Positions 1 to 12,403 of a DNA stretch of 64,000 nucleotides are shown piece after piece (the first letter of the stretch is position 1; every line of letters begins with the position of its first letter). Below the pieces are notes generated by a model. That model saw only the letters and a program-made list of their open reading frames with translations. It was not told the DNA's origin and searched no databases. This stretch comes from Amphiscolops sp. MND2022. Its lineage: Eukaryota. The stretch spans positions 51,212,001 through 51,276,000 of the forward strand of contig OZ076409.1 of the NCBI GenBank assembly GCA_964187785.1, read 5' to 3'. Both the position numbers and the translations under genes were made by a program.

Positions 1-2408
1 CATTTTTCAAAAACCACAGCCGCTTTTAAGATATTCGATTTTGATCATCACTTCTAAAATCACTACTGTGGTTTATTGCCAGCAAAAATTATCGTCAGTA
101 AGCATTAAAAACTAGTTTAAACAGCTGAGAAACAATTAGCCTTAGTCAAACTCGAACTTTCAAATATTCGGATTTGAACAAAGTCTCTTTTTCAAAGTAA
201 CAAATAATTAAGGTCTAGAACAAAAGGTGCTAGGGGACCTGAAACAAAAAACTTTGGTATGAGTCCGTTCTTGGCGCTCCTGGAGACATAGCGACTTTAT
301 TCAGATGAACCGCTCGAAACGAGAATATTTGAACTGACGAAATGGTCACGCTTTGCCTTAACAAAGAAAGCTTGCAGCTGTTGAAAGAGGTGTTTGAGGA
401 CAAAACATGAACAATCCATTACAGCAACAAACCCGAGCCCTTTCCTTCATGTTTTTAATCAGGGCAGCGATTCTTGGTGCTCCCTCTCTTGGCTGTTTCA
501 TCAATTCGCTCACTGTAATTGAATACTTCGCGGAGACTGCAAGTATGAACAGACCAAACCACTTTTCATTGTTTCAGTTGGAAATTCAAGCACATTCCAT
601 TACATTGACAGTCAAGCTAAAACTGACGACGAACTTCATGGTTAACTGTCAGAATTTGAAGATTGTCTCGGCGCGCCATGATATAGCCTGCTGAACTTCT
701 CAATTGAAAAAGAGAAGAGAAACTAAATCCAACTGAATTTTCAGCAGACAATGTAGTAAAATTCAAACAGAATAAGTATGAGTACCAACAACTGATTCCT
801 TGAAATTGGTGCTGACCCGAACGTTTCCATAGCTAAATCTCTATTACAAGCCATGAGTGACAGCTGGAGTAAAACAAACCTAACATCTATCAAAAGCACC
901 GACTAAAAAAACTGCTCCAATATAGCAAAGAGGCCCTGTAACTAACTGCGGCATAGCTGTAGTAGCAACAGTTTTAGCAAAGGTTTTCAAGACGAACAAC
1001 TGAAAATTTCACAAGTTTTTCTGTTCAAAATCTTGTTTTGTCTTCAGTCTCATAAGAAATAAAATTTGACCGAGAAGTTACTTCGGTGTCTTCATAATGT
1101 CCATAGCCTGCAAAGTTTACTTCTTTACTGTAGTTTGCCAGTCTTGAAAATGGAAGACAAAATCTGGTAGATAATCGAAGAACGCGTTGCCGCAATGCGT
1201 AAGGCAAAATTTTGAAATACTGCAGAAATTAAGCTATATTAAAATTACCACAAGTTGAAGAGACTCAATTATTGCAATAAACTTTTACATAATCAATTCA
1301 CACAGAAGTGCCAAAAGCAAAACTTTCTCAGAATCACAGAGGTCCTCTGTTTTTTCAAACAAAGAAAAGTTATAACATTTGCCTTTTTTGTCTCTAAGCA
1401 TTTTCCGAATTTCGTTATTCAATATCTGGACGACCGCTATTTGGTACCAAGAAACTCCAGTGAAAATATTTGTATCTTTGATTCAGATCTCTAACTTTTG
1501 ACTTGAAAATTTCTTCTGAAAAAACCCCTGAAATTACATCGCAAAATAATCATATAATGCGAATTCTTTGCATTTTATTCCGTAAAACTAATATTTCGAC
1601 GGAATTACAACTGTTTCATTTTAAGAAAGTCTTTCCAGAAAAAGTATTATACATATCGATAAAGGTCAAAGAATGGTGTCAAGGTTACAAAAAGTTTCTA
1701 GACAGGGTTTTTTCAAACCAGCATACTATAGTTTCTGAAAATTTGTGTATTGAAGTTCGAAAAATTCTGATGCTTCAAAATACCATATCATCTAACTTTA
1801 TAAATTTTCATTCGATTTCAAAACGAAAAACGCTGTAATCCTGGTCATTAGATCAGAGCCAGCTAAAACGTTGCATTTCTGGTTGATACTTTGTGTGTTA
1901 TTTGGGCACTTAACCAGTGAAAAGTAACGTTTGTTCCTTTTTCTGAAGCAATATGGTGCGTTTTGAGCTGTAAATATTTAGTTTGTGTTAAATCGAGCAT
2001 GTTTGGTATCATGTTTTGTTTGTCAACGTTAGCTTGTTTAGTTTAGTTTAGTTGTATCCTGCTAAATTTCGGTGGAAAACCACTTTCATGATGTGAATTT
2101 TGGATTCAATGAATTTCCTATGAGTAGCTCGACAAATATTTAACCAATTGATACGTTGTGGCAAATGTTAGCAATTGCCCGTTAATGCCGTAACAACAGA
2201 AAGCATCATCGAAATGTAAACGATTTTGTGTATTAATTTGGCCTGCTTCTAAAAGTGTGACAGGAAAGTTTTCCTTTTTTATTACCTTTTTTCAAAAGAA
2301 AGAGTCTCAAATCAAACACAAAAACCTCAGTCGGCTTCTTATGCAGAAACTAAGAATGTGGATAACCATATTTTGCATGCATAACAATCATTCCAGAAAC
2401 AACTCATC

Positions 2409-2606
2409 TTAACCGTCTTCTGATTCGTTCGTTCCGTTATTTCCAGGAGTTTTGGTTCCATTTTTGATCCAGAATAGTTCTTGATTTTCGGGCTTGTCTT
2501 TCAGGGCCAAAGAGAAGCCCCATATCAGACAAGTGAGGCCAAACACTGCAAAGAAGGTGGAAAAGAAGAAGATCAAGATTTCACAATTGGATCTTCTCGA
2601 AGCCAT
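2409..2606 (-). CDS. Candidate first coding exon of a host membrane protein (N-terminal TM helix, weakly tetraspanin-like)
   Basis: ATG at 2606 gives MASRRSNCEILIFFFSTFFAVFGLTCLIWGFSLALKD..NGT..NGTNESEDG: one hydrophobic helix followed by N-glycosylation sequons. CCAAT on the minus strand near 2671-2675. Possible weak donor (G|GTTAAG) near 2413. No TE motif recognised. Confidence 0.3.
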   Translation of the reverse strand: MASRRSNCEILIFFFSTFFAVFGLTCLIWGFSLALKDKPENQELFWIKNGTKTPGNNGTNESEDG

Positions 2607-2794
2607 TAATGAATGAAAGAAAGAATGCAAGCACTGCTTAGATTGAGGTCTTTTTTAATTGATCACAACGATTGGCTACCATCTCTGATTGAATATCTTC
2701 ATCATCTCGGATCTCACCAAAGACAAACTTCAACGCCTTTAAATCAAAAGAAATTTTGATTAATTTCTACAAACTTAGTTTTCAGGAATCAATT

Positions 2795-3246
2795 TATATA
2801 CTCTTCTTTCGGTAAAAAGCGACGCTGAAAAGAGTTTTTAGGAGTCGGAAAAAATTTTCGACTACTTATGCAATCGTGTCGTTTTTTTTCTCCCGACATT
2901 TCATGAAAATTTCAAATTTCTCATAAACTGTTCATACGATTTTTATGAAATTTTGCACAGTCATTCTACACCCAAAGGAAATTTGCATGCGCAGAGACAT
3001 CAAAATCGTATGACTGAAATGTGAGAAACATAGCCAAAATTAGACCAAACAAACAGCCATTTTTCGACTTTTTTCGATTTTCGCAAAAACTCCATATCAT
3101 TTGAACGAAATTTTCTACAGTCATTTTCTACACCATAATAGGGTCCTGAGTGTGGAATTTTGATAAATTCGTATGACTGGGATTCGAGCGAGTCAGAAGG
3201 AAACAGACCTAAGCCGACTCCTTTACCGCATATGCGGCTCTGGTTT
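2795..3246. mobile_element. Non-autonomous interspersed repeat (MITE/Helitron-like), non-coding
   Basis: Internal direct duplication (aaatttt.(c/t)acagtcatt..ctacac ... aaa.tcgtatgactg twice) and a terminal palindrome CCGCATATGCGG at 3226-3237. Superfamily not established. Confidence 0.4.
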
Positions 3247-4099
3247 AATATTAGGTTTTTCAAGTTCAAACTAAACGCGTCAAGTGTTTTCTGGTTCTTT
3301 GTTTGTTGGACAGTGAGTCTCGTTCTCGCTGTTTCGCTCTCTTCTCTATTCCCACTCCTTCACTCGGCCGACTGGTCGATCTTTTCGTTAATTTTCCGTA
3401 GGGTGTTTCCTGTAAATGTCAAATTGTTACCAGTTTCTGAATCTCATTATTGGGTTAAATGATGTTATTCTGACGGATTTCCTAGTTTGTTTTTGTGTAT
3501 TTTTGGTAATGACGCTCATGGTTTCTATTGGTCCGGCTTTTATGGGACTTTTATGTTTTCATTACTGTTTCTGTCTGCAATGGTTATTGTTGGGTTCTCG
3601 TCAATAGATATCATGGCCTCGTCCATCTGTTGTTTGTTCACTTTGTTTAGATGTTGGAAACCGGTGAATTTGCTGCTCTATTTCTAATCAATTTTCGACG
3701 GCAGCTCCCCAGCGTAATTGGTGACGTAAATTTGAAGTTGGCATTCAGTGCTTCGTTTGTCTTGCTTTGGACCGGTGTGCTTTCTCTGTGTTTCTTGTTC
3801 AGGTTTTGTTTCTTTTTCCTCTCTTCCTTCGAACTCGCATCGTACTGGCTGGAAGGACATCTGCATGCAGCAACCGTCTGGTCCTCTCAAATTATCTTGT
3901 CTCTTTGATAAAAGGTTATCGCGTTTCAGCTTTTTTGCTGTTTCCATCATCAGTTTATCGTATTCCCCTTCGCCGTTGGTAAATAGGTTCACCTGCAGTG
4001 TCCGAGATTTTGCCGAAACAAGATAATTCATGTCAGCTGGTATGATAAGATAGCTGTTCAACTCCATGCGTGGTGTTATACCATTGTTTTCTACCTCGA

Positions 4100-4760
4100 A
4101 TGGAGTTTTTTTTGCTTTGAACGGACCGTTCTTCGCATTATCAAAATGAACGGTACAATGCTTTGCTTAGATTTGTCTTATTTTTTAGGTTCATTCCCAA
4201 AAAAGTTTTAAGCAATTTTTGCCACGTTCCACTTGTCTGGTCGGAATATGTATCTATGGCGTTCCGTTTATATTTTGTACCAAGCCTCCTGCATAATGAT
4301 ATAAAAGAGTTTCCTGTGAACGCTGTTGTTTGATTCGTTCTGATCGTTTTTGAAATTTCGTTTAGCAAAATATATTGTTCTAATTTTTGCTGTCTGTTCA
4401 GTTGGTGCTTTGCAAAAACATGCTGCCGGCCATTTGTTGTACCGATCTGTTGAATGTCTTACGTAATTCCTACTACATGTACGCATTTTGTAGGCAATAA
4501 TTGTTGTTTACGCAAGTACCTGTTACTTGATTCACTGACTGCCATTGTATTGTTCTGTCACTGAGTGAAAAGCTGTACTGAGACAGTGACAAACTAATTC
4601 ACTTGTTTCATCCACGTTATATTTATACGATCGATTTACGTTAATGTCAAAAATCTTCGTTGCTTACAGCTTATCGGTCCGATGAAAACCATTTGGAGTT
4701 CTTGGTTCTTTTTTGCTACCGGTGGGAGATGAATATTTTCGGCCATTGCTTTGGCTGTTC
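4100..4760 (-). pseudogene. Degenerate non-LTR retrotransposon ORF2, C-terminal RT region
   Basis: Frameshifted translation NYVRHSTDRYNKWPAAC..KIRTIYF loosely resembles the LINE YVRPxxEYxxxxW..KLQxIQN motif. Confidence 0.3.
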
Positions 4761-5046
4761 GATTGGTAGTGTAGAAAGCATAGTAGTTGTTTTACCAGGT
4801 TCTTCAAGTCGTTGAACGCGGTTTTTCAAAAAACCCGCGAAAGTTTTTTCCTCTGTTTTTTAGATTGGAAAGACGTTTATCCGAAAACTTCGGTAATAGT
4901 GAGTTTCCCCTGCACTTTTTTGATGTATTGCCACAGAATGGATGTTGAAGAATCTCAAAGGGTCCACTTTTACGTCTTTTAGCACTACAAGACTTCAAAA
5001 TTCTCTGTTTCGTCTGACACTTTGTCAATGTACACCAAAAAAACAA
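4752..5046. repeat. ~290-bp dispersed repeat, copy 1 (copy 2 at 7510-7810)
   Basis: Direct match by eye: tagtgtagaaagcatagtagttgtttta..aggttcttcaagtcgttgaacgcggtttttcaaaaa..cacagaatggatgttgaag..ctgacactttgtcaa. Confidence 0.8.
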
Positions 5047-5057
5047 TTATATAAACA

Positions 5058-6370
5058 ATGGAGGGTGACTTCGATGTCAACACCTGCATTATTAATGCAA
5101 CAATGGTGAAGAATATGTATTCTTCTACTAATGGGTTCTCTTCCTACCAGTTGGTGTTTGGCCGCAATCCCAAGTTGTCGGACGTTTCAACTAATGACCT
5201 CTGAGCTTTGCAGCTGAAAGCTCCTTCCGTGGTTGTTCACGAACGTTTACGGGCACTTCAGCAGGCACAATTGGCCTATTTGGAGACTCGAGCCTCGGTG
5301 AAAATTGCGCTGTCCAAAAACATACGAGACGTCAAGTTCATTCCTCAGTGTGGTGACCGCATTTCCATTAAAATGCATTAATTCGAAATGGTCAGGGCCG
5401 GCTAATGTCTTTGGTTTTGATGAAAAAATAGATTTCGTTCGTCACTAAGATGCTTTATTGCGAATACATGTGTCTCAAAATCGCCCCGCAAAAAAACGGA
5501 CGTGGAACAACACGAAATCACCGATAAAGAAGAGCCAGGCAGTAGCTTTCTGTTCATGAGAGCTATTTTCCTACGAGTGATGACGACCAGGACGAAGCGT
5601 CAAACCCAAGTTAAGCTCTTGACATACTCCAACTACGCAGAAGTACGTAATTGGCGTACCAAAGCCCAGGCAGAAAGTTTGGTTCCAGCTGAAACCGGAA
5701 ATCGACAAAACTCCAACATGGAAAAGGTCTGGGAGGCACTCTTCTGCTCTGAACGTGAGCTACTTACTGCCAGATAGTGTCCGAAGCTAGAAAATCTGTT
5801 TGGATTGGGAGCAAGCTGTTGAAACTTGGAGAACTGAGGACGACAGAGATAACATTCCATCAGAAGATGTCTTGATAGTTTCACTGAAAGGGACTGTTTC
5901 ATATGCCGACGAAAAATTGGAAGAAATTCAAAATTGGCGCGACAAAGATGTCATCGAAGAAGTCGATTTTGAAAGCCAATATTCTCTTTCAACAAAGTGG
6001 GTGTGTTCCGTGGAAGATGGACTGAACACCGGTGAAAAGAAGGCACAATTAGTTGTCAGAGGTTTCGAAGACGTGGCCACCGATATTGCCAGTTATTCGC
6101 CTACTGTTTCCATGGAGGTTTTGAGTTTGGTTCTTGCCCTTATTGCATCCGAGGGTTGGAGTGTGCAGTAAACGGACGTGAGAGCTGCATTTTTACAAGA
6201 AGATAGAATATCTACAGGTGTTTTTGTAACACCACCACGTGAAATCAGGGTCCCAGGAAAGGTTTGGAAGCTGAAAAAGGCAGTATATGGTCTGAAGGAA
6301 GCTCCTAAAAAAGATATTTGCGGTTAAGTTCCGTTTTAATTGAATTGGGACTCACAAAATGTGCTCTAGA
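5058..6370 (+). pseudogene. pol: Ty1/Copia pol relic (integrase C-terminus followed by RVT_2 reverse transcriptase)
   Basis: KNMYSSTNGFSSYQLVFGRNP (integrase end), then TKWV..KAQLVVRGFED..SPT..LALIASEGWSVQ*TDVRAAFLQ..PP..GKVWKLKKAVYGLKEAP (Copia RT motifs). IN lies before RT. Stops and frameshifts present. Confidence 0.88.
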
Positions 6371-6599
6371 CCGGCTACCAAAATAGTTTTGTTTTGCTTT
6401 CGCCGCCATTTTGTTTATTTGTGTAATGGCCTCTGTGTTCTAATTTGATCACTGTTCTTTGTAACGCTTTTGGAACATTATTTTGTCGTCTAGAAAACAA
6501 AACAAGGCCAAATCTTGTTGCTACATCCTTTTTGTATGTATGCCCACCCTCCGGGGTCTGTTCATAAGACTATTTTTCTAGACGTTCCGTTGATATTAG

Positions 6600-9400
6600 T
6601 AGCTTTTAATTCTTAGTTGTCTCATCAGCTATTGTTTAAAAATCGTTTTATAAATTTTCTTCTAGTTATCCCACCGTTTCCTGAGGGTCCCATTGAGTGT
6701 TGTCTCGTATTCGGATTGCCCTTTTCATTGAAATATACTGCACTATGGTCGCCCTCAGGTATCTCTTGAAATTAATTACCCGAACAGTGATTGTAGTCTC
6801 CGAATCGAATGACATTGTTTCGGTTTCCTTGTTATCGGTTGTTTTTGACTCTATATCAGTTCCCATTTCAGGCTGCTTGCATTTGGTTGTACATGATCCT
6901 TCGTAGGCCTTTGGGAGGTGTCTAACTTTTTTGATGACCCCGTCGTTTTCGTTTCCTCTATCATATTTTTATGGTGTTACGTGGTTAATGTTTTCCATGT
7001 TTTCCCTTCACTGCCATAACAGTTTGTTCCTTCTTTGCCAGAGTTGCACTTCGATACTTTGTAGTTCTGCTTGTGGTGTTCGCGGGATGTTATATCTCTG
7101 CCGTGGTCCTTGAATGAACCTGGAGTCTCCTGATCCTACGTTTTCCGTCTCCAATGTTGGTAGTTTGAGCGTTTTCTCTGATAGGTAGTATCGTTTGATA
7201 TTTTCAACCGTTTTGATATAGATTTCTTTTCGATTGTTCGCCTTGTAAGGTTGCAAGTTTTGGCAACAATGCTTGCTTGTATTTGTTTTCTGTCACTTGT
7301 ATTTGTCAATTGGTTCGAGATTGAATATCGGATTTCTGCCGGTGTAACCGTTTGAACCGAGTGGTTTGCCTTCAATATGCTTTAATACTCTTTGGTATCG
7401 GTTGAAGTCTACTGGCGAATCTAACCGGTTTTAAATTTCCGTCTGTAAATCTTTGCCACATTGTTGTCCGAGTCATTTTGCACTTGCCGTAGTTTTTGAT
7501 TTTGTTTTGACTGTTCGATTTGTAGTGTAGAAAGCATAGTAGTTGTTTTATCGTTGTTTTATCAGGTTCTTCAAGTCGTTGAACGCGGTTTTTCAAAAAA
7601 CCCGCGAAAACGTTCACCCTTTTTTCAGAGTTGATAGACTTTTATCCAAAAACTTTTTCATAGTGAGTTTCTCCCTTCACTTTTTTGATATTTCGCCACA
7701 GAATGGATGTTGAAGTATCTGAAAGTGCCCCCGTTTACGTATTTTAGCACTACAAGACTTCAAATTCTCAGTTCGACTGACACTTTGTCAACGTACATCA
7801 AAAAACAATTTTTTAAGTCCGAATTTGAGTGGCGGAGGTTAGAACAACGCGAAATATCCGAACTATGGCATTAAATACGAAGTGTTCTGCGTTTTACTGA
7901 GGATGAGGCGTAGAATTGGAAACAAGTGCTAGCATTTCTCTCAACAATGCTATAACGTTATCTGATTATCTGAATCGTTTTTTGAGCACGAAAGACAACT
8001 TTGGGTGTTTCGAAACTGTTTTCGGGGTTTTTCATAAAAACGTCCTGGGCACATTTCAAAAACATTGTGCTTTTCGAGCCTTAGGTGTAGCGCCGACTTT
8101 AGACGTTCCCGTCTTGTTTTTGCTCTTGTAATTACATTAGTAGTTGAATTGTTCGGTTGTTTGTTTTCACGGCTGCCTTTCTTTGCCCATTGAATTCAAC
8201 TTTGTTTTCATTGACATCTTCGTAATTCGCATTTATTTCTCCACTCTAGAGATTTTGCTGTATAAACATTGCGGTGATAGTATAACCGGCGACCCGCTAA
8301 CTGTTATCAAGTTTATCGGTACGTTTTTTATCAATGTTACATGATAGTAGTCCCTTTTTTTTTGTTGTTATTTTTGCTTTGAACTTTGTTGTAGTTCTGA
8401 TGATGTTGCTCTTTGCAAAGTTATTCGGCGAGTCAGAACATTTTCTCATTGTGCCGTTTTTGCAATTACTACAGTCCACTCTTCTGGCTGATCAACTGTG
8501 TTGTCTCGTCCACTTTGGTGCTCAACCTTGTACCATCTTTGTACACCGGTTATCTTTGTACTTTGTTCTTTGGTACTCCTGTCGCTTTGTGTTTTTGTCG
8601 TAACCGGATTTCCAGGACCACTTTTCATGGTTTTTGGCCCTATTTGTTTCACATTTCGTCCGTCATTTAAGTTCTTTCAATCGTTTAATCGGTCGTACCT
8701 ATTTTCGTGGATAACGTCAGCGTTTGTATCAATTGTCATATTACTTTTTCTGATCTTTTCTTTCACTTCATAGTCTCCATGGAGCTCTACCGCTGGTGTT
8801 AGCCTCTCGAATTGGAAATACTTTTCTGTTTGTAATATTCTGCGCAACACATCTTCGGCTGTTCCGTTTAGCTCTCTTTCCCAATCCCAAAGAAATAAGC
8901 TTTACTATGGAAACTGTTCCTGTTCGGGATGAATTTTAGTCTGAATATTAAGTGTATCTTGTTGATGTTCATCTTGTTTGAGTCGTTGTCTCTGACAGTT
9001 TTCCTCATTTTGGTTACTGTCCCTTCTTCTGATGATGAATATATCTCCTGTTCAGGCTCGCAATTCATCTCTGAAATCTGGTATTGTACATTTGTCGGTT
9101 TTCAACGTGTTCAGATTGATATTCTGCGTCATTTTCACGTATTCGACAAATCATCTCCACCATAGTTTCTCCTCCTGTATGGTTTCTTTCTCGAAAAGTG
9201 TTAAGGTGATGTTTTGGCGTCTTTTCGTTCTTCTTCCATTATTCTTTCCAGATTCTTCACTTGAAGACTTCTGGTTGCCGAGTATGCTAGATTTTCGTTG
9301 ACACTTGTCGAAGACTTTCTTTAGTCTGACTGCGCAAGATTGGATCATAAGAAGTGTACGAATGTAATACTGTATTCTAATCGTCATTCTGTTCATTTAA
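6600..9400 (-). pseudogene. Degenerate LINE-like element: PHD-like ORF1 region, AP-endonuclease-like start, endonuclease-RT linker
   Basis: Around 8440-8560: QRWYK..VDQPEEW + DCSNCK (PHD-like, frameshifted). Around 8140-7830: weak APE-like N-terminus. Around 7200-7000: KRRIRRLQ..RTT..TTSRTTK linker-like. All heavily decayed. Confidence 0.38.
7510..7810. repeat. ~290-bp dispersed repeat, copy 2
   Basis: Direct match to 4752-5046. Confidence 0.8.
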
Positions 9401-9417
9401 CAAAAGGAGTAAATCTA

Positions 9418-10722
9418 CAGTGTATGACGCTGAAAAGTTAACAAACATCATTCAAAATTTCCACCGCTCGGTAACAGCTTGTTTGTATTTGGTTAATTAA
9501 ATAAAATAGACAATCAACAGTTAACAAATAACCAATCAAATTCTAACAACGCCCAAGAAACAAACTTCTATTCAAGATAAGGGACGAATTTATGACGCGC
9601 ATAAAAGAGGAGAAGATGCCATTTTCCTTGGCCGGCAACTGGGCAAAAAAAGCAAACTGTGCGCGCAATCATCAAAACAATATCAGCAAGAAACGGAAAA
9701 TTATCTGTTCAACAAGGGGGCTCTCATCATTGCAAAGTTACGTCGGAAATGAAGAATAAAGTTGAGGAAAGTATCTCCGAAAATTGTACTTTGAAATTGC
9801 GAGAAAGTAATGAGCAACTCCAAAACGCATTACCGAACGAGGAAAAAATCTCGCTGAAATCAATTGAAAGAATACTGGATGGCATGTTCTACACAATTTA
9901 AAATACGATAATTCATCCGTACGAAAGGAATTGCCCCCGAATAAAAGAAAACCGGAAAGAATATTCATCTTGGTTCTTAGAACACGGTATTTTATCCAAT
10001 ACCCACGTTTTTATTGACGAAACTGGCTTTAATGTTTGAACCAAAAGAGGAAAAAGTCGATCCAAAAAAGGCATTCCTGCTGCAATTGTTACCGGCGGTC
10101 CACGTGGTCAAAATATTACAATGATTCTAGCAATTTCTCTGCAATTGGGTGTTATTTATCACGAATTTATTGACTGTGGAGTCAATTCGGAAATTTTTTC
10201 CGGTTTTTTGGCAAAGCTTAGCGAAAAACCTTGTGATAAAGAAGCGTTGTTTGTTTATGATAATGCCCTCTGTCATAACGTCGACTTGAATGGATTGCCC
10301 GATATTCATTCGGTGAAAAAATTACCTCCTTGGTCCCCAATGTTCAACCCAATTGAAGAAGTTTTTGCCTTGTGGAAGTTTGAAATCAAGAAAAAATTGG
10401 CGAATAGTAAAATTCGGAATGAACGTTTGGACATCGGAGAAAATCGAGCAATATATGTAACAATGGTAGAACTGCGGAGACAAATTCTGACAAGAGAAGG
10501 ACTTGAATCTCTGTCTGTCATAACTCAAGCAAAATGTTTGCAGTTTGATAATCAATCATTGCTATTCTTATTTAAGGCGATTCAGGACGCCGATTTGTAA
10601 ACGTTGAATTTTTGAATGTCTATTTGTTGAATTTTGATTGTTCTTTCAATGAATTCAATCTTTCACCTGATTGGCTCTTAAATTTTGATAGTCGTTTATT
10701 AAATTTTCAGCGTCATACACTG
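9418..10722 (+). mobile_element. Complete Tc1/IS630-like DNA transposon (1305 bp)
   Basis: TIR CAGTGTATGACGCTGAAAA (19 bp perfect, 29 bp with 2 mismatches) at both ends. TA TSD at 9416-9417 and 10723-10724. Confidence 0.93.
9590..10600 (+). pseudogene. DDE transposase (DDE_3-type), disrupted by stops and frameshifts
   Basis: FIDETGFN (~10011), RGQNITMILAIS, FVYDNALCH..LPPWSPMFNPIEE. Confidence 0.9.
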
Positions 10723-12403
10723 TAGATATACAGTTCATTAGCAGGTACATTACGTAAAGGTCACACATTTATGTAAAGTGTATATGTATACAGCATTATG
10801 ACCTTCAACAATGGTAATATATATACACCATGTCAGGAAGAGTCAAATATCCACAATACACGTGAGAAAGATAAAAATTTAATACCTACAATTTACAAGC
10901 GAACAGTTCGCGAAAAAGTCTTTGGAAAACAACCTTAACTAGTGCACACAACTGGCTCATGGACTTCAAAATAATAGGACACAACTTACGTAAAGCGGAA
11001 TTAAGAATTATATAAATAAAATTAGAGTATGTAGTAGATGATAAAGCAGAGTAGATGAAATTCGAAACATTTTTCATATTTACGCAAGGTTTGCTCATTG
11101 TTGAAACTGGTGCTTAGGGGCGCAACTAGGAGAACCGATAGACTCATTTGTGTCCTCAATCCAATATAGAATACTACTACTTTTTGATCATTAGTATTTG
11201 ATGAAATAAAATTTCGTGGGAACCTTAAAGCATTGTTGAAAGCAAAGCTGGTCGCAAAATGATATTATTATCTCCCAAATTTCTTCGAATGTTTGAATGA
11301 TGTTTTAATTGAGGCGATTTTTACTAACTGGCAACAAAATCACATTCATTTTGTAAACTCTGATCTGTAAGGCGGATAAGCTTTTGCAGCTCTGTTAAGT
11401 AAAAGTTTTCTCACGTAAGTTGATAAATTGGATTCGGAGATATGGATAAAAAATTGCTTGAAGTTTTGAGTAAGAGACAAATGCTTCCGAATAACAAATG
11501 AAAATTTAAGAACGCGAAGAATTTTCAAAAGTCGCAGTGAAAATTATGTGATTCATTTGAATGATTCATTCGAGTTCGTTATAGTGATTTTGTAAGTGAT
11601 AATGACTCTTAAAACTGAGGAAGATTGAGACTTTTAGAAAAAAACGACCCTAGTTGAAACTGCTTGAACTTTTTGCATGTACTTTAATGTTGCCAGCAAC
11701 TTTTACTATGATTTTCTAAAACTCTCACGGAATTTTTCATGCGAAAATATTTCCCTGTTGTATTTAACTTTTATCAAGCTGCTTGATAGATTCATCAAAG
11801 TTTTGGCGGCGATTTTAAGCCTTGAAGTTTTGCAGGTTTCATTAGGCAGCAGTTATATTTTTAAAGCAAATAAGTTGCCATCACTTTTACCGCTAATTTA
11901 ATGCAGAATAACTTCAGTCGCGTAATGAACTGCAAATTAGCGTCATCTTCAGCGTGCTATTTGAGAAGCGGTGATCACATCAGACAAGTACTTGAGAAAA
12001 CAAAGTGTGAATACAAACTGATCGTGTAATGTAGTGGAATTAATTTTCAAATTTAATTGCAGGAGATTTACCACCCGAAGTTTGCTGAATTTTCTAGGTT
12101 TTATAAAAAATTACCCTGCATGCAGGCCTGCAGCATGTAAAAAGTTCCTGCAGTTTCAACTAGGGGATGAATTAACATTGGGTCAGAGTTTTCAAGTTAG
12201 AAATTGAAGAGGATTTCTCGAGCTATCATTCTCAGAAAAGAAACAGTTCTTCTAAAATGTTTTTGTCAAGACCCCAGCCACTACTGAGAGACTTCATGAA
12301 TCGAAGAAAAAAGTTCCAATGAGACTAAGTAGTAGGTACGTTAGTCGAGACCGCTCAAACTTTTACATGCTGGAGACAGAAGAATTCAATGGGAATCCGG
12401 TGG

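Noticed and set aside
1-1250. Host exons (transporter-like ORF 407-694, or tetraspanin-like pieces on the minus strand)
   Set aside because: Plausible splice signals and hydrophobic stretches occur on both strands with no consistent frame. It cannot be resolved without transcripts.
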